Positions 25,657-39,200 are shown, counted from the stretch's first letter. The stretch is 64,000 nucleotides of DNA from Eledone cirrhosa (GCA_964016885.1 OZ024742.1:233926001-233990000), one strand, 5' to 3'. Notes: a model not told the origin generated them from the sequence alone. Numbers and translations are program-made.

Positions 25657-25758
25657 CCAAAGATTAGTATGGTTCGTTGATTACTCAATGAATACAATTT
25701 TACAATAGATTAGAAGCACTCAACAGTGAAAAAAAAAATTTCCTGGAGTTTTTAATAT

Positions 25759-26028
25759 TATTCAAAATATTAACAAATGAAAAATATTCTCATAATCAAA
25801 ATATATACTTTATTATATATATTTCAAAGGTACTGTGTTGTTTTTTCAGGACGTCCTCATCAGACAAAATATATGATTTGATATATGACATACCATAGCG
25901 GTATGTCATATATCAAATCATATATTTTGTCTGATGAGGACGTCCTGAAAAAACAACACAGTACCTTTGAAATATATATAATAAAGTATATATTTTGATT
26001 ATGAGAATATTTTTCATTTGTTAATATT

Positions 26029-26035
<7 letters not shown>
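25759..26035. repeat. Perfect palindrome with 136-bp arms and a 5-nt loop, between two (TA)n tracts
   Basis: 25759-25894 is the reverse complement of 25900-26035; loop ATAGC. Confidence 0.95.
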
Positions 26036-26093
<58 letters not shown>

Positions 26094-26330
26094 ACAAGGA
26101 TAATTGGTTGAAAAATCAAATTGGTAAAGTCATGACAAATGAATGAGATGGAGAAAATATGTGTTGAGGTAAGTTTTTAGTTTTATGCTAGGACCTAGTA
26201 TAAAATCTACTTCTATAAACTGGAATGTAGCTTACGTGAAAAATTTCCATTAGCCATATTGTTCACATTTCATTTGTTGAAATGCAAGTAAGACAAATAA
26301 AAATGTCTTAAACTCCTTCTGAATACTTGG

Positions 26331-26379
<49 letters not shown>

Positions 26380-27239
26380 ATGGGTCTAATTAGAATCATT
26401 TTAGCAGACCATATTGGTATAATTATTCTCATCTTATTGCCCTTTTATGTAGAAATTTATTTTTACTCACATTCCAAAGTTCAAGCTCTGTAAAACCAGG
26501 CTTTTCTTTTATCAAACAATATATTTTTGCCTTAATATTGAAAACCATTTAAATCATTCTAATATACCGAATAAAGGAGATAACCTCATTCATATCTGAA
26601 TGAGTACTTATAAACTTATAAGCATATTTTAGAAAAATCCTGTCAAAAAAAAATTAATTTGTTTAGTTCTTCCTCCATTTTTAGTCAGAGTTTAATGAGT
26701 CAATCATTTTCAAATTAAAGAATTTACATCTTTTTACATTTTTAATTTTATATAATTTGTTATTCTCATGAAATTGTAATAATGATCCATGGGCTCATAT
26801 TTAGGTTATGTAGTTCGAATTTCTCTTCCATGGACTGGAAGAAAAACCATAATATAAAGAAACATTTGCTTTAAGAGAATATAGACAATATTTGATAGCA
26901 TATAATTTGAATGATTATACAAACATACAAAATTTTACATATTAAAATGCACTTAAATATATAAACTATGCTATTTTTACTCATAAACATAGATGTCTCA
27001 ATAATACTGGTCCCAATGAAAGTATACACACTTATATTTGATTAGTCTAGTATGTACGCACAGATAATCATATAGGACAAAGAGTAAAATAAACCATTTA
27101 TACACTTCACCCCCACCCCCATACACACACACACACATACAAACAACAGAAACAACATCAACAATTTCCATTCAATATATACAGACAAGCTGGTGTGATG
27201 ACCCCAATTTCTTTCAGAGTTTTCTTATTGTCAGTCATA

Positions 27240-27248
27240 TTACTCCTC
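27240..27248 (-). CDS. CORO7: CORO7 terminal coding exon (EE*), followed by the 3' UTR
   Basis: cctttatttcag|GAG GAG TAA; good acceptor in phase 0, but the short coding part limits certainty. Confidence 0.75.
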   Translation of the reverse strand, partial: EE

Positions 27249-30200
27249 CTGAAATAAAGGAAATATTTTTTTAAATATAGAAAGAACAAAAAAATGTAAT
27301 GTTTAACATTCACTGTTCCATGTAATCAATTCTATCTTGCTACTTGTATCATTAGCCTGTATCATTTCATCTGTAAACCCAGGACTCTGACAGACACTCT
27401 GAACATAACAACTCACAATATTGTTTCACTCAGCTGGTGTTATTCATTTGTGCAGAACACTTTTTAGGCATGACAATTTTATCTTATTTAAAAAGATAAA
27501 TTACTGAGATTAATTACTCAGGGATGTCATCCAGATGAAAAAAAAACAATAGTTGAATTAATATTAACATATTTAATGTAGATAGCATTACCAATCTAAT
27601 TAGAAATATTTATAAAGTGAGGAAATGACATCCTGAAATCTGATTTCACTACTTCTTTCTATGCCTTACTCTATTACAAACACCTACTACCAACAAATGG
27701 TACTTTTACATCCAGCACTTGTTTCACATCATAATGACATGTCCATACCATCTCAGCTCTTCAATATACAGTAGCTGATACATTTAACATCCATCTATTT
27801 CCTCTGCTCATTGTGCTTTTTGTCTTTTTTCCACCACATACAAGACTTACAGTATTTATTCCAGCTCTTTACATATATCCCATTCAAATTCATCTAAAAT
27901 CAAGCTGTTCATCTTTCTGGGGTCAATAAAATAAGATACCAATCCACAGTGGTGGATTAGCAGAATGCTTTGTGATATTTAAAGGTGGGTATGGGAAATT
28001 TGGTCTTGTATGTAAAAGAAAATATCTGAAAGAAGGCAATGGGAAATCCACGACATACACATAGCATTTGTCCTGCAGGACAAAAAAACAAAACCTGACA
28101 AAGGACGGAAGAACTCATAAGAGTCAACGGCCATCTAAAAAAAAAAAAAAAATCCTGCCAAATCAATGTGTGGCAGTAGTTCCAGCTGCACACATCAAAA
28201 GACTGGTGTAGTGGTTCTGAGAACAATGCGGCTTTGCAGATGATCAATGCAAATTGACAATGGAAGGCACTCCCGCTTGAGTTAGAAGATAACTATTGAC
28301 CTTCAGAAGCAGAGACCCCTGATTGTATTCAACAACCGAAACAAATATGAAGTACACCAAATCCAATGCCCTGGTTCTTCTTATTTGCGAGTGTAAACTT
28401 GGCCTGATTAGATAGATTAGATTGTCAAGAGAGGAATCTAAGCACAAAGCCACATTTTTTTTTTCTTGTTTTGGTTTGAAGGGATATAGTCAATTGAATC
28501 AATTGCAATATTCCACTGGTACTTATATAATTGACTCTCAGAATGATGAAAGATAAAATCAACTTCAGTAGCAACAGATCATACTTGACTCATTTCTTTC
28601 CAGTTGCCAATGGTCAAATAAATAGTTTATGCTTTTATTCTGCTTATGAAAGTCATATAACTTAAGAAATAAATACATACCCATTCATCAGGATCAACTC
28701 CTTCAGTTAAGTCCTGTTCTAAGGGGTCATCTCTTACATCCAATTTAGATGTCATCGCTTTAATCAGCTAAGCAAGATAAAATGGGAATCAACAATTACA
28801 TAAATTTTAATAAAAATGTACTTCAAATGTTTTAACTCTAAACATCCTATAATGATTTATTAGAAAATATCAAAAAACGGATTTAATTCAAATGTTTATA
28901 GTATCTTTACTAAAGGACAGATTATCGTGAAAATTTACAGTATTTACAGTCTTGCCTTCCTAATTATCACTCCTTTCCTCAGAGTAACAAAGGAGCCTCT
29001 AAGCGGTCACCTAACTTACTAGAAATTGTAACCAAATTGCTTTCAAATCACATTTTACCATCTTAAATAAAGAAGGATATATTTAATAATATAATGAAGT
29101 TCCTGAAATAAAAAAGACAGCATAGCCAAAGTTTACTTGGTCAGTGCTGACATAGTGCTAAACAACAACAATCCCATACTTCCTTGACCTCTTTTGAAAA
29201 AGATCCTCAGGCAATTATTTTTAATCCTCACCCAATCATTTTGTTATATCTAATAATATTGACTCGTGCACTGTTCATTTTACTGATGTTTGTGCATTGC
29301 CCTATGTACTGTACATGCACTTTTTTGATGAGTTGTGGTGCACCTGGGCACTGTACACAATATTTCATTATTGTTATTGTTATTATATCATGACTCATAC
29401 ACTGTTTATTTTCCTGACATTTGTACATTATTCTATGTACTATACATGCACCTTTGATGAGTTGTAGTGCACCTGAGCACTGTACACAATAATTTCATTA
29501 TTATATTATTATTATATATGTATCTGTGGGTATATCATGACTCATACACTATTCACTTTCCTGGCATTTGTAAATTATTCTATATACTATACATGCATCT
29601 TTGATGAGTTGTAGTGCACCTGAGCACTGTACACAATAATTTTCATTATCATTATCATAAGAGTACTCATAGTGAAATATTCAAATATAAAAAGATAACT
29701 AATTATAATTTTAAAAAATAAACACAGCCAATAGTGGTCTAGCATAGCCACAACCTGCTGGTTGGTAATAATAAAAGAATAAAATCTAAAATTCTGGGTC
29801 TCTAAGAGCTGATTATAAAAATTTTGCATGAAAGATGGCTACAAAGCTCTCAATAAGAAGAACATGGAAACACTGGATGTATTGCATCTATTCTTTTACT
29901 GGTTACTGTCAATGGGTTGTGGCCAGGCTGGGGCAACACCAGTCCACAAAATCAAAAAGTTTTTGTCAGTTGCTATCATAACATCTTCATTTTAATCATA
30001 TAAAATATCTAGTACTATTTTTTCTAAATCATTAAGTATACATAATTTTCATAGATTATGTATAATATTCTATGTATAATTATGCATCAGTTATTCTAAA
30101 AATAAGAAAACAAACATTTATATTTCATCAATAAATAATAGGTTCTTTTGGAAACAACATGGTGAGAAATGTATGACAATATATTTAATGATGTAACCTT

Positions 30201-33200
30201 TCGAAAACGTATTACCTTAATTACTTCAAATTAATGTATACATTAAGTATAGAATTATAAAAAATGCCATATTAAGAAAGTTTTGGGGTTTTAAAAATTA
30301 ACTGTTAGATTCAATTCTGATTTTAAGAACTGCCATAAAGATTTATATATTCAATGCCTAGCCAAAGGAACATTTACATAAAAATATGCCACATAAAAAG
30401 GAACATTACTATCATCATCATCATTTTACGTCCACTTTTCCCTGCTTGCAAGAGTGGGACGGGAACTAATTCTGGCTTGATTTCAACAGCTGGATGCCTT
30501 TCCTAACACCAACCTCATTTACAGTGAGTGCTGGATTCTTTTTTTTTTCCGTAGCGCCTACACGTCCACTTTACAGTGTGGGCTGTGTGCTTTTTTGCCG
30601 TGGCACCTCCATGACCACTCTTTGCAGTGGAATGATAGGGACCCCAGTCAGTATTTCTACAGCTAAGTAAACTGGAGTAATGTGAAATAAAGTGTCTTGC
30701 TAAAGGAAACAACACATCACTCGGTCTGAGAATTGAACTCACAACCTTTCGATTGCAAGGCCAATGCTCTAACCACTAAGCCATGTGCCTCCTATATGAA
30801 TTCTAAAGGAAAATTATGATTTTTCACATTGGCACAAAGATACAAATTTATAAGAGAGGAGTATATTTGAATTGTCTCCAGTACAGGTATGGTAGCTATT
30901 TTATCAATACTAGTATATTAAAGGTGGAATCAATTACAACAGAACAGAATTTCAACTCGGAATATAGAGAGTTGTAGCAATTAGTTCAGTACTAATAAAA
31001 TTGAGGTTATTAGTGCAATCAGCCATTACCAATCTAGTCATAATAGATCTCTAAACTACAATAAAGTGTCATGATATTTGGGGAATCTATAATTACATGG
31101 AGTTTGGTGAATGGCATTAGTGTGTGGGGTTTAAGTGATTATTTCATTATTATACATGGAGAAAACAATTCATTACACTATTGGCAGAGGTATGTTTATG
31201 CAGTCACTTATTTAAAGGTTTTGTGCAAACAGGAATGGATCACATTATTGAATGCAACTTATCTCAATAACACATAACTAATAATCGTATAAGGATATTC
31301 TAATGTCAGAAGCACATGCAAGGAAACTAATAGAGGGATTGAGAGAATATCATAAAACAAAGGATTAATTATAAGTGACTTTACCCTCAATTTCAGTCTA
31401 GAAACAAAAAGAAAAACTGAATTATTTTTCTAGAAATCAAAATATTTGAATGGTAAATGATAAAACTTGTATATGTGTGAGGATATATATATATATATGC
31501 CGCAAAGTGGTTGGTGATAGGAAGGGCATCCAGCTAGAAAAACCCTGCCAAAAATATGGAAAGTACAACAAATAAGATTCACACTAATTGTGTATACAGG
31601 GCTAACACTAGAAATGTTAGTGCTGTGTATAGTAGTGGGGTGGCCAGATTAGCCATGTGCGAGAATCCCTTGATCATGATCAAGCAATTGCACAGCCTTT
31701 TTCATGTTCAGATACATAGAACTTTTACCCAAGGAAGTAACAACAACTGTCAAGGTACAAATCTTAATATTGGTACTCTGAAAGGTAAATCAGGGGAAAT
31801 TGTGAAACTGTTCGCGAGAAGAGAAGTAGATGTATGCTGTGTACAAGAAGTGAGATGGAGGGGTGCCTCAATGAGACTAATCACAGGCAAACAGAGATAT
31901 AAACTCTACTGGGTAGCAAATGACAATGGGGTAGGAGGTGTATGCATCTTACTAGCTGAGAAATGGATAGGTAAGGTGATAGAGGTAGTTAGAGTGCCAG
32001 AATCATCAAGCTTAGAATAGCGACAATTACATCTACCTATGCTCCACAGGCAGGACTAAGTAAAGACAAAAAGTACAGGTTCTATGAGGAACTTTTACAA
32101 ATAACTTCAGGTACTGATGAAAGTGACCTCATCATCCAGGCAGGTGACTTCAATAGACATGTGGGGCAATCTGCAGAGTTCATGGCAGCTAAGGCTCAAG
32201 AAATGAAGAAGGATTGAGGCTTCTGGAATTCTTTGACACGAATGAACTAACCATTTGCAACACAAATTTTAGGAAACCAGCCAGCTACCTGATTTCATAT
32301 GAATCAGGTGAACACACAAGCCAAATCAATTACTTACTTGTTAGACAATAAGATAAACAGACTGTAATAAACACTAAGGTCTTCCCTGGAGAAGAATACA
32401 CCACTTAACATGGGTTAGTTATTAGCGACACCAAAATAAACACAAGACAGAATAAAATACACAGGAAAATATGGAGACGGAGAGTTTGGAAGCTAAAGGA
32501 CCTTTCAGTTAAATATAGGTTTAGAAAGGCCCTACAGGATGCAGTAGATGAGGTGGGTGACGAGCCAGATTCATATAATGTAGAGGACAACTGCAAATTC
32601 CTACATGACAACTTTTTGCAAACTATTGAAGAGACTTATGGCTGGAGTAAAGTGCCAGCTAGACAGAGGTGGCCTGGGGGTGGAAGAGCATAGTGGATAG
32701 AGCCATTAAGGCCAGGAGACAGGCATGGAAAGAATGGGGGTAGCAGAGACCAGTACCAAGTAGCTAAGAGAGAATCTAGACAACAAATATACACAGCTCG
32801 GAGACAGACTGAAAAAAGAAGGTTACCAATGTCTTGAGACGTGAGGACCAGAGGCGTGAAGTGTTCCACATTGCAAGGCAGTGTGTTAGTGTAAATCGAG
32901 ATGTTGTTGGTGAAAACTATATTAGAAATGAGGCTGGTGGACTTAGCACCACTGATGCCCAAAAGAAAGAGGCCTGGAAATGTTACTATGAGAGATTGAT
33001 GATGTAGAGAATGAATGGAGGGAAGAGAAACTACCCCAAACTTACCCAACAGAAGGACCAGCTATTGAAATTGACAGTTATAGTCAAAGAAGCAATCAGA
33101 GAAATGAAAAAATGGTAAAGCTGCGGGACCATCAGAGATAGTTGTTATCAAACTAGTAAACTACATAGTCAATCAGGTAATACATGACGGAGTCATACCC

Positions 33201-36200
33201 AATAGCTGACGCAACAGTACAATCATAAATTGCTACAAGGCTAAAGGTGATGCTCTAGAAAAGAACAACTATAGAGGAATAAAACTAATCACCAAGTTAT
33301 GAAAGTGACGGAAAGAGTTATAACGTAACTAATTATGGAAAGAGTCAAATTAGACGAGATCCAGTTTGGTTTCATGCCTGGGAAAAGTATTACAGATGCC
33401 CTCTTCTGAGTGAGGCAACTACAAGAGAAGTTCCTAGCCACGAATAAGCCACTATATTTAGCTTTTGTTGATCTAGAAAAGGTCTTTGACAGAGTACCTC
33501 AATCCATTATCTGGTGGTCCTTAAGGAAATTAGATGTTGAAGAATGGCTTGTGAGAGCAATGCAAGTCATGTATAGAGGAGCTGTCAGTAAAGTGAGCGT
33601 AGGAAGTATGTTTAGTGAGGAATTCAAGGTACAAGTAGGAGTTCAAGTTTCGGTTCTTAGCCCACTGCTGCACATCATAGATTCCCAGGTCATAACAGAG
33701 GTGTTATGTCAATGAGAACTTCTCTATGTAGATGATCTTGTCCTTATAGCTGAATCCATAAAAGACCTAGAAAATAAGTTCCGACTATGGAAACAGAATT
33801 TGGAATCAAAAGGTTTGAGGGTAAACTTAGCTAAAACTAAATTGCTTGTGAGTAGAAAAGAATATAGGACCCTGATACCTTTAGGGAAGTCATCCTGCTC
33901 CATATGTAGAAAAGGAGTAGGCATAAACTCCATATGGTGTACACAATGTAAATCTTGGGGACATAAGACATGTAGTGGGATAACAGGTAGACTAACACGA
34001 AAGGAAGACTTTGCATGTAGAAAATATACAGAAGTAATTGAGGGGAAGAGTGCCAGTGATATATACCTCTTCAAATCACAGGAAAGGTCCATAGATGTGG
34101 TTGATAGCTTCTGCTATCTAGGTGACTTAATTAACAGCAGAGGTGGGTGCTCTGAGAGCATAATAATTAGAATAAGGATAGGATGGAAAAGTTTAGAAAG
34201 CTACTCCCACTGTTGACAACAAAGGTTTCTCCCTATGTACAAAAGGACAACTGCATGATGCCTGTATGCAATGCTGCATGGTAGTGAAACATGGGCAGTG
34301 ACTGCAAAAGACATGGTAGACTGAAGAGAAATGAAGCAGCTATGCTTCGTTGAAGATGCAATGTAAATGTGAGAGAAAAGTAGAGCTTGGATGAACTAGG
34401 GAGAAGCTGGGTTTAACAGGAATCTGAGGTGGTGTGCAGGAGAGGAGACTGTGTTGGTATGGACATGTGATGCACATGGATGATGATTGATGGGTGAAGA
34501 AGTGCCAGGAAAAGCATGTGGAAGGAAGCCACAGTAGAGGTAGACTGAGAAAGACCTGCTCTCTGTTGGAATCCTATATAGGTGAAAACATATAGTTTTG
34601 ATGCCTATGTACATAGGCTGATAAGCCTCATTTGCATATGGAGTTGATGGCCTGCTTGGCCTGAAAATAGAATTAAGGTGTTTGCTCTGACATAGCTGTA
34701 TACATATAAGTATGTGTATTTGTATATCTAGCGATATATGGTAGGTTTATGGATAAACATTTGAAAGCCTTTAGCTATGAATTTTGGAAGCTGATGACTA
34801 GAGTCATCAGATGGATTCCAGCAGAAGCAGGGGCGGATAATCTCTCAAGCAGAGAGAGTGAACGCTGTCTTGATAACAACCAAAGTCAGAAATGGTCGAC
34901 TGCTGACAGATTACTCGCCCCTACTTCTGCTGGAATTCACCTGATGGCTCTAGTCATCAGCTTCCAAAATTCATAAGTAAAGGCTTTCAAATTTTTATTC
35001 ATAAACATACCATATATCGCTAGATATACAAATACACATACCTACATGTATTCAGCTATGTCGGAGCGAACACCTTAATTCTAAATATATATATAGTGTA
35101 TGTGATTCAATGAATTACTGGAGGTGGTACCAAAACGAGCACACAATGCACACGCAAAATGTATAAGAAAAATGATGAAGTTTCGTTTTGAGCCAATCCT
35201 CTGCGAAACATGTGTAACAGGTTGATACACAATAAAAAACTAAATACATGTAAACGAAACTTCATCATCTTTATTTATATATATATATATATATATATGT
35301 ATATACATATAAAATTATTGTGTTAGGAAAAACACAGAACATGTGATCAGAAAAAATTTATTTAATTATACAACTTTCCATATGTTTTTTTATTGAGTTA
35401 TGTCACTGTCTACAGTTTTGTTAGGAAATATTGCTATTTCTGATCATTTCCATACTACAATGGGCGTTTTAAACTCAACAATTTATCAGAATATATGTAT
35501 ATATATATATGTGTGTGTGTATGTATATATATATATATATAGAGTTAATAAATGAAACAAAACAAAACACAGGAAGCTTGGAGGAAGTGGAGGAGCTTTC
35601 AACGTTTTGGACAGAAGTTCTTCTTCAGGATGGTTTGGATAAGGAGAGAACAGATAGACATATGAATAGTGTGAGAAGGTAGGAAGTTAAGAAAAAAAAG
35701 GGGGGTTGGGAGGAGAAAGATAGGTAGGGGGATGTGGTAGAAAGGTCGGGCCTGAGGGGGACAGAGTGGAGGCTATGTTATTATAATGAAATATTATTAT
35801 ATGGTGTTTATATATTGTGTAATAAATTGGTAATTAATTGTTTGCATATGCATGTAAGCTTATCACCTGTATAGAAACAATTGTAGATATTAAAAATGGA
35901 TTTAATAATAATAATATTAGTCAAAGACCACAAAGAAAAAAATGCCTTCTAATAGATGTATCTATCCCCAGAGATGACTATATATCTTCCAAGGAAACAG
36001 AGAAATTCTCCAAATATAAAGATCTAGAGATAGAAATAACTCAAATGTGGAAAATGAAAATAGAAACAATACTTATAATAATAGGTGCTCTGGAAATGAT
36101 AAAAAAAACACACAGATAAATACATAGCCAAAATCCCTGGACTTAATGGAAATAATAATAATAATCATCGCCGCTGCCACTGCCACCACCACCATCATTA

Positions 36201-39200
36201 TTTAATGTCCATTTTCCACACTAGCATGGGTTAGAAAGGTTGTCCCATTTCAAGCAAGTCAGGTCAAAAGACCGTGTCTTGCTCATACAGCAGGTACATG
36301 GCAAAATTGTTAACTTGTGCTATTTGATTTTGTTCCTTTATGTTCAAATCCCACCCAGGTCCAATTCACCTTCCATCTTCTACTATCAATATAAAGTTCC
36401 AACTATTAAAATAAGCTACTTGAGTCAATATAGCTACACTCTAGAAGCCAGTGCTCTAGTATGGCCACAGTTCAGTGACTGGAACTAATGAAAGAATGTG
36501 TGTGTATCCATAACTCAGATATTATAATATAAATTATATAAAAAACTTTCAAGAAGAAATCCGAGTCATAAAAAATAGGAAGAGATCTGAGAGAGAAAAT
36601 AGGGGAAGAGATCTGAGAGAGAAAATAGGGGAAGAGATCCTTTGGGACAACTTATTCTCTTATTTCTGTTTCAGGTATTAATATGCTCATGTCATATATA
36701 TATATCATTATCATCATCATCATCATCATAATAATAATCACTGTTTAACATATGTTTCCATACTTGCATGGCTTAGACATGTTTTCCCTATATATCCTCA
36801 CCATAATCTAACAGTTATTTTTCATGCTGCCTTAGATATGCATGCTTATTGATCCTATGTTATCTATGAGTAACACAGTGCTTCAAGTAGACTCAACAAC
36901 TTCTTCCTATATCTTCCTTTTTTTGTGTGTTACTTTAACCCACCAGCTGTCTTATAATCACATTACGATGCTCAGGTGCAATAAGTAACAAGTGCCCACA
37001 GGATACTAGCTCCTTCTATTGCCCAGATGGTTCTATAGAAATAGTGGACACTTTCCGTTACCTGGGTAATGAAATCAGCAGTGGTGGAGGGTGATCTGAA
37101 AGTACAGTAGCCAGAGTCAGTCCTCCCAAACAGTATGACTAATGAGTTTTCAAGTTTCTTATTCACTTGTGCTGTGCTATTCAGCCAAGTCAATGGTGCA
37201 AATTCAAAACATTTCAACTTATCATAAACAGAAATTATTTGTTTACTTTCAGCATATTTTTCAAACGCAACACCTAATCTGCTATGTCATGAGAAATATT
37301 ACATTTTTATGTGTCCCATAGACAGACAAACAAATAGATGAAGATTTTACTAGTCAAGCGACTAACAAGACAATTATTTAACTGGATATACAATACATTG
37401 AAAAAGCAGAGTGTAGATATCATTCATTACATGTAAGCCCGACAGTCAAGCTTAAACCATTTCAAGAGCTTGAATAAAAATTATATTAAATTAGCTAAAT
37501 GAAACTTCTACTCATTACTCTATTTTGTGAGTGTAAGGAGCTGATACCACTGACAACTACAAAAGGCTTCTCTCTTAGAGTGAAAGACAGGTTGTATGTA
37601 GCATGTGAGCAAACAGCAAAGCTGCATAGAAGTGGGACTTGGTCTTAGTGTGCAGAAGACTGGTGAAGATTAGAAAGAAATGAAGCAAGCATGCTTCAAT
37701 TGATATGTAATCGATACAAGAATGATGAAGCATCATTGAGCTGAGAGAAAAACTGTGCATAAGAAGGATCAGATGCCATGTGCAGGAAAGGAAACTGCAA
37801 TGGTATGGACATGTGATGCATATAGAGAATGACAGCTGCATAAAGAAATGCAGAGCACTCAACGTCGATGCACCTATAAAAGGAGAATACCTAGGAAACT
37901 TGAGATGATGTGGCGAAAGTTGGCCTCATGCAGCTGTAACTCATAAAGTAGATTACCTAAGAATATTGTGAAGAATTTAGTTGGTGTTCATCAAGGCTCT
38001 GTCCTTAGCCCCCTCCTATTTATTATTGCCTTTCTGGCTATAACAGAAGAGTTCAGGACCGGCTGCCCATGGGAACTCCTATATGCAGATGATCTAACTC
38101 TCATAGCTGAATCTATGGCTGAACTAGAGAAGAAATTCCAAACATGGAAGCATGGCCTAGAATCAAAAGGCCTTAAAGTTAACTTGTCTAAGACTAAAGT
38201 TCTAGTTTGTAGAAAGGAAAATAGAGCACAGGTGCTCTCAGGGAAATGGCCATGCTCAGTGTGTTGGAAAGGAGTAGGCAGAAATTCCATTTTATGTCCC
38301 AAATGCAAACTATGGGTACCTAAAAGATGTAGTGGGATCACAGGTAAGCTATCTAAGAATGTAGATTATATATGTGGCCGATGATCAGGTGCAATAAGTA
38401 ACAAGTGCCCACAGGATACTAGCTCCTTCTATTGCCCAGATGGTTCTATAGAAATAGTGGACACTTTCCGTTACCTGGGTAATGGTGGAGGGTGCTCTGA
38501 AAGTACAGTAGTCAGAGTCAGAACGGGATGGAAAAAGTTCAGAGAGCTTATACCGATGTTGGCCACAAAAGGTTTCTCTCTAAAAATTAAAGGCAGATTG
38601 TATGATGATTGTATACGAACAACAATGCTACATGGCAGTGAGACATGGGCATTGCGTGTAGAGGACCTGCGCAGACTGGAAAGGAACGAAGCATGCATGC
38701 TCCGCTGGATGTGTAATAGTAATATACGTGAACGGCAAAGCTTAAATGAACTAAGTGAAAAATTAGGAATAAGAGGGATCAGATGCTGTTTACTTGAGAG
38801 AAGACTATGTTGGTATGGTCACGTGATACGCATGAAAGACGACAGCTGTATAAAAAAGTGCAGGGCGATCAAAATTGATGGTAGTTACGGAGTAGGTAGA
38901 CCCAGAAAAACCTGGGATGATTTGATAAATTCCGACCTTACACACTTGCACCTCTCTAAGACAATGTCACTGGACTGAGATCTTTGGCGCTATGCAGTAA
39001 TACAGAAGACCCGCCTTGCCTATGTACAAAGCGAAACCTACAGTCAGTAGGCACCTCTTAACCAAATATACACCCCAATCCACTATCCCTACCCTATCCT
39101 CCCACTAACACCACTCTCTCTCTGTAAAGTTGGTACCACAACATCCAGTCCAAATAAATGAGATAATGAGATCGAGATCGTGTAGGTGTCACGACAAAAC

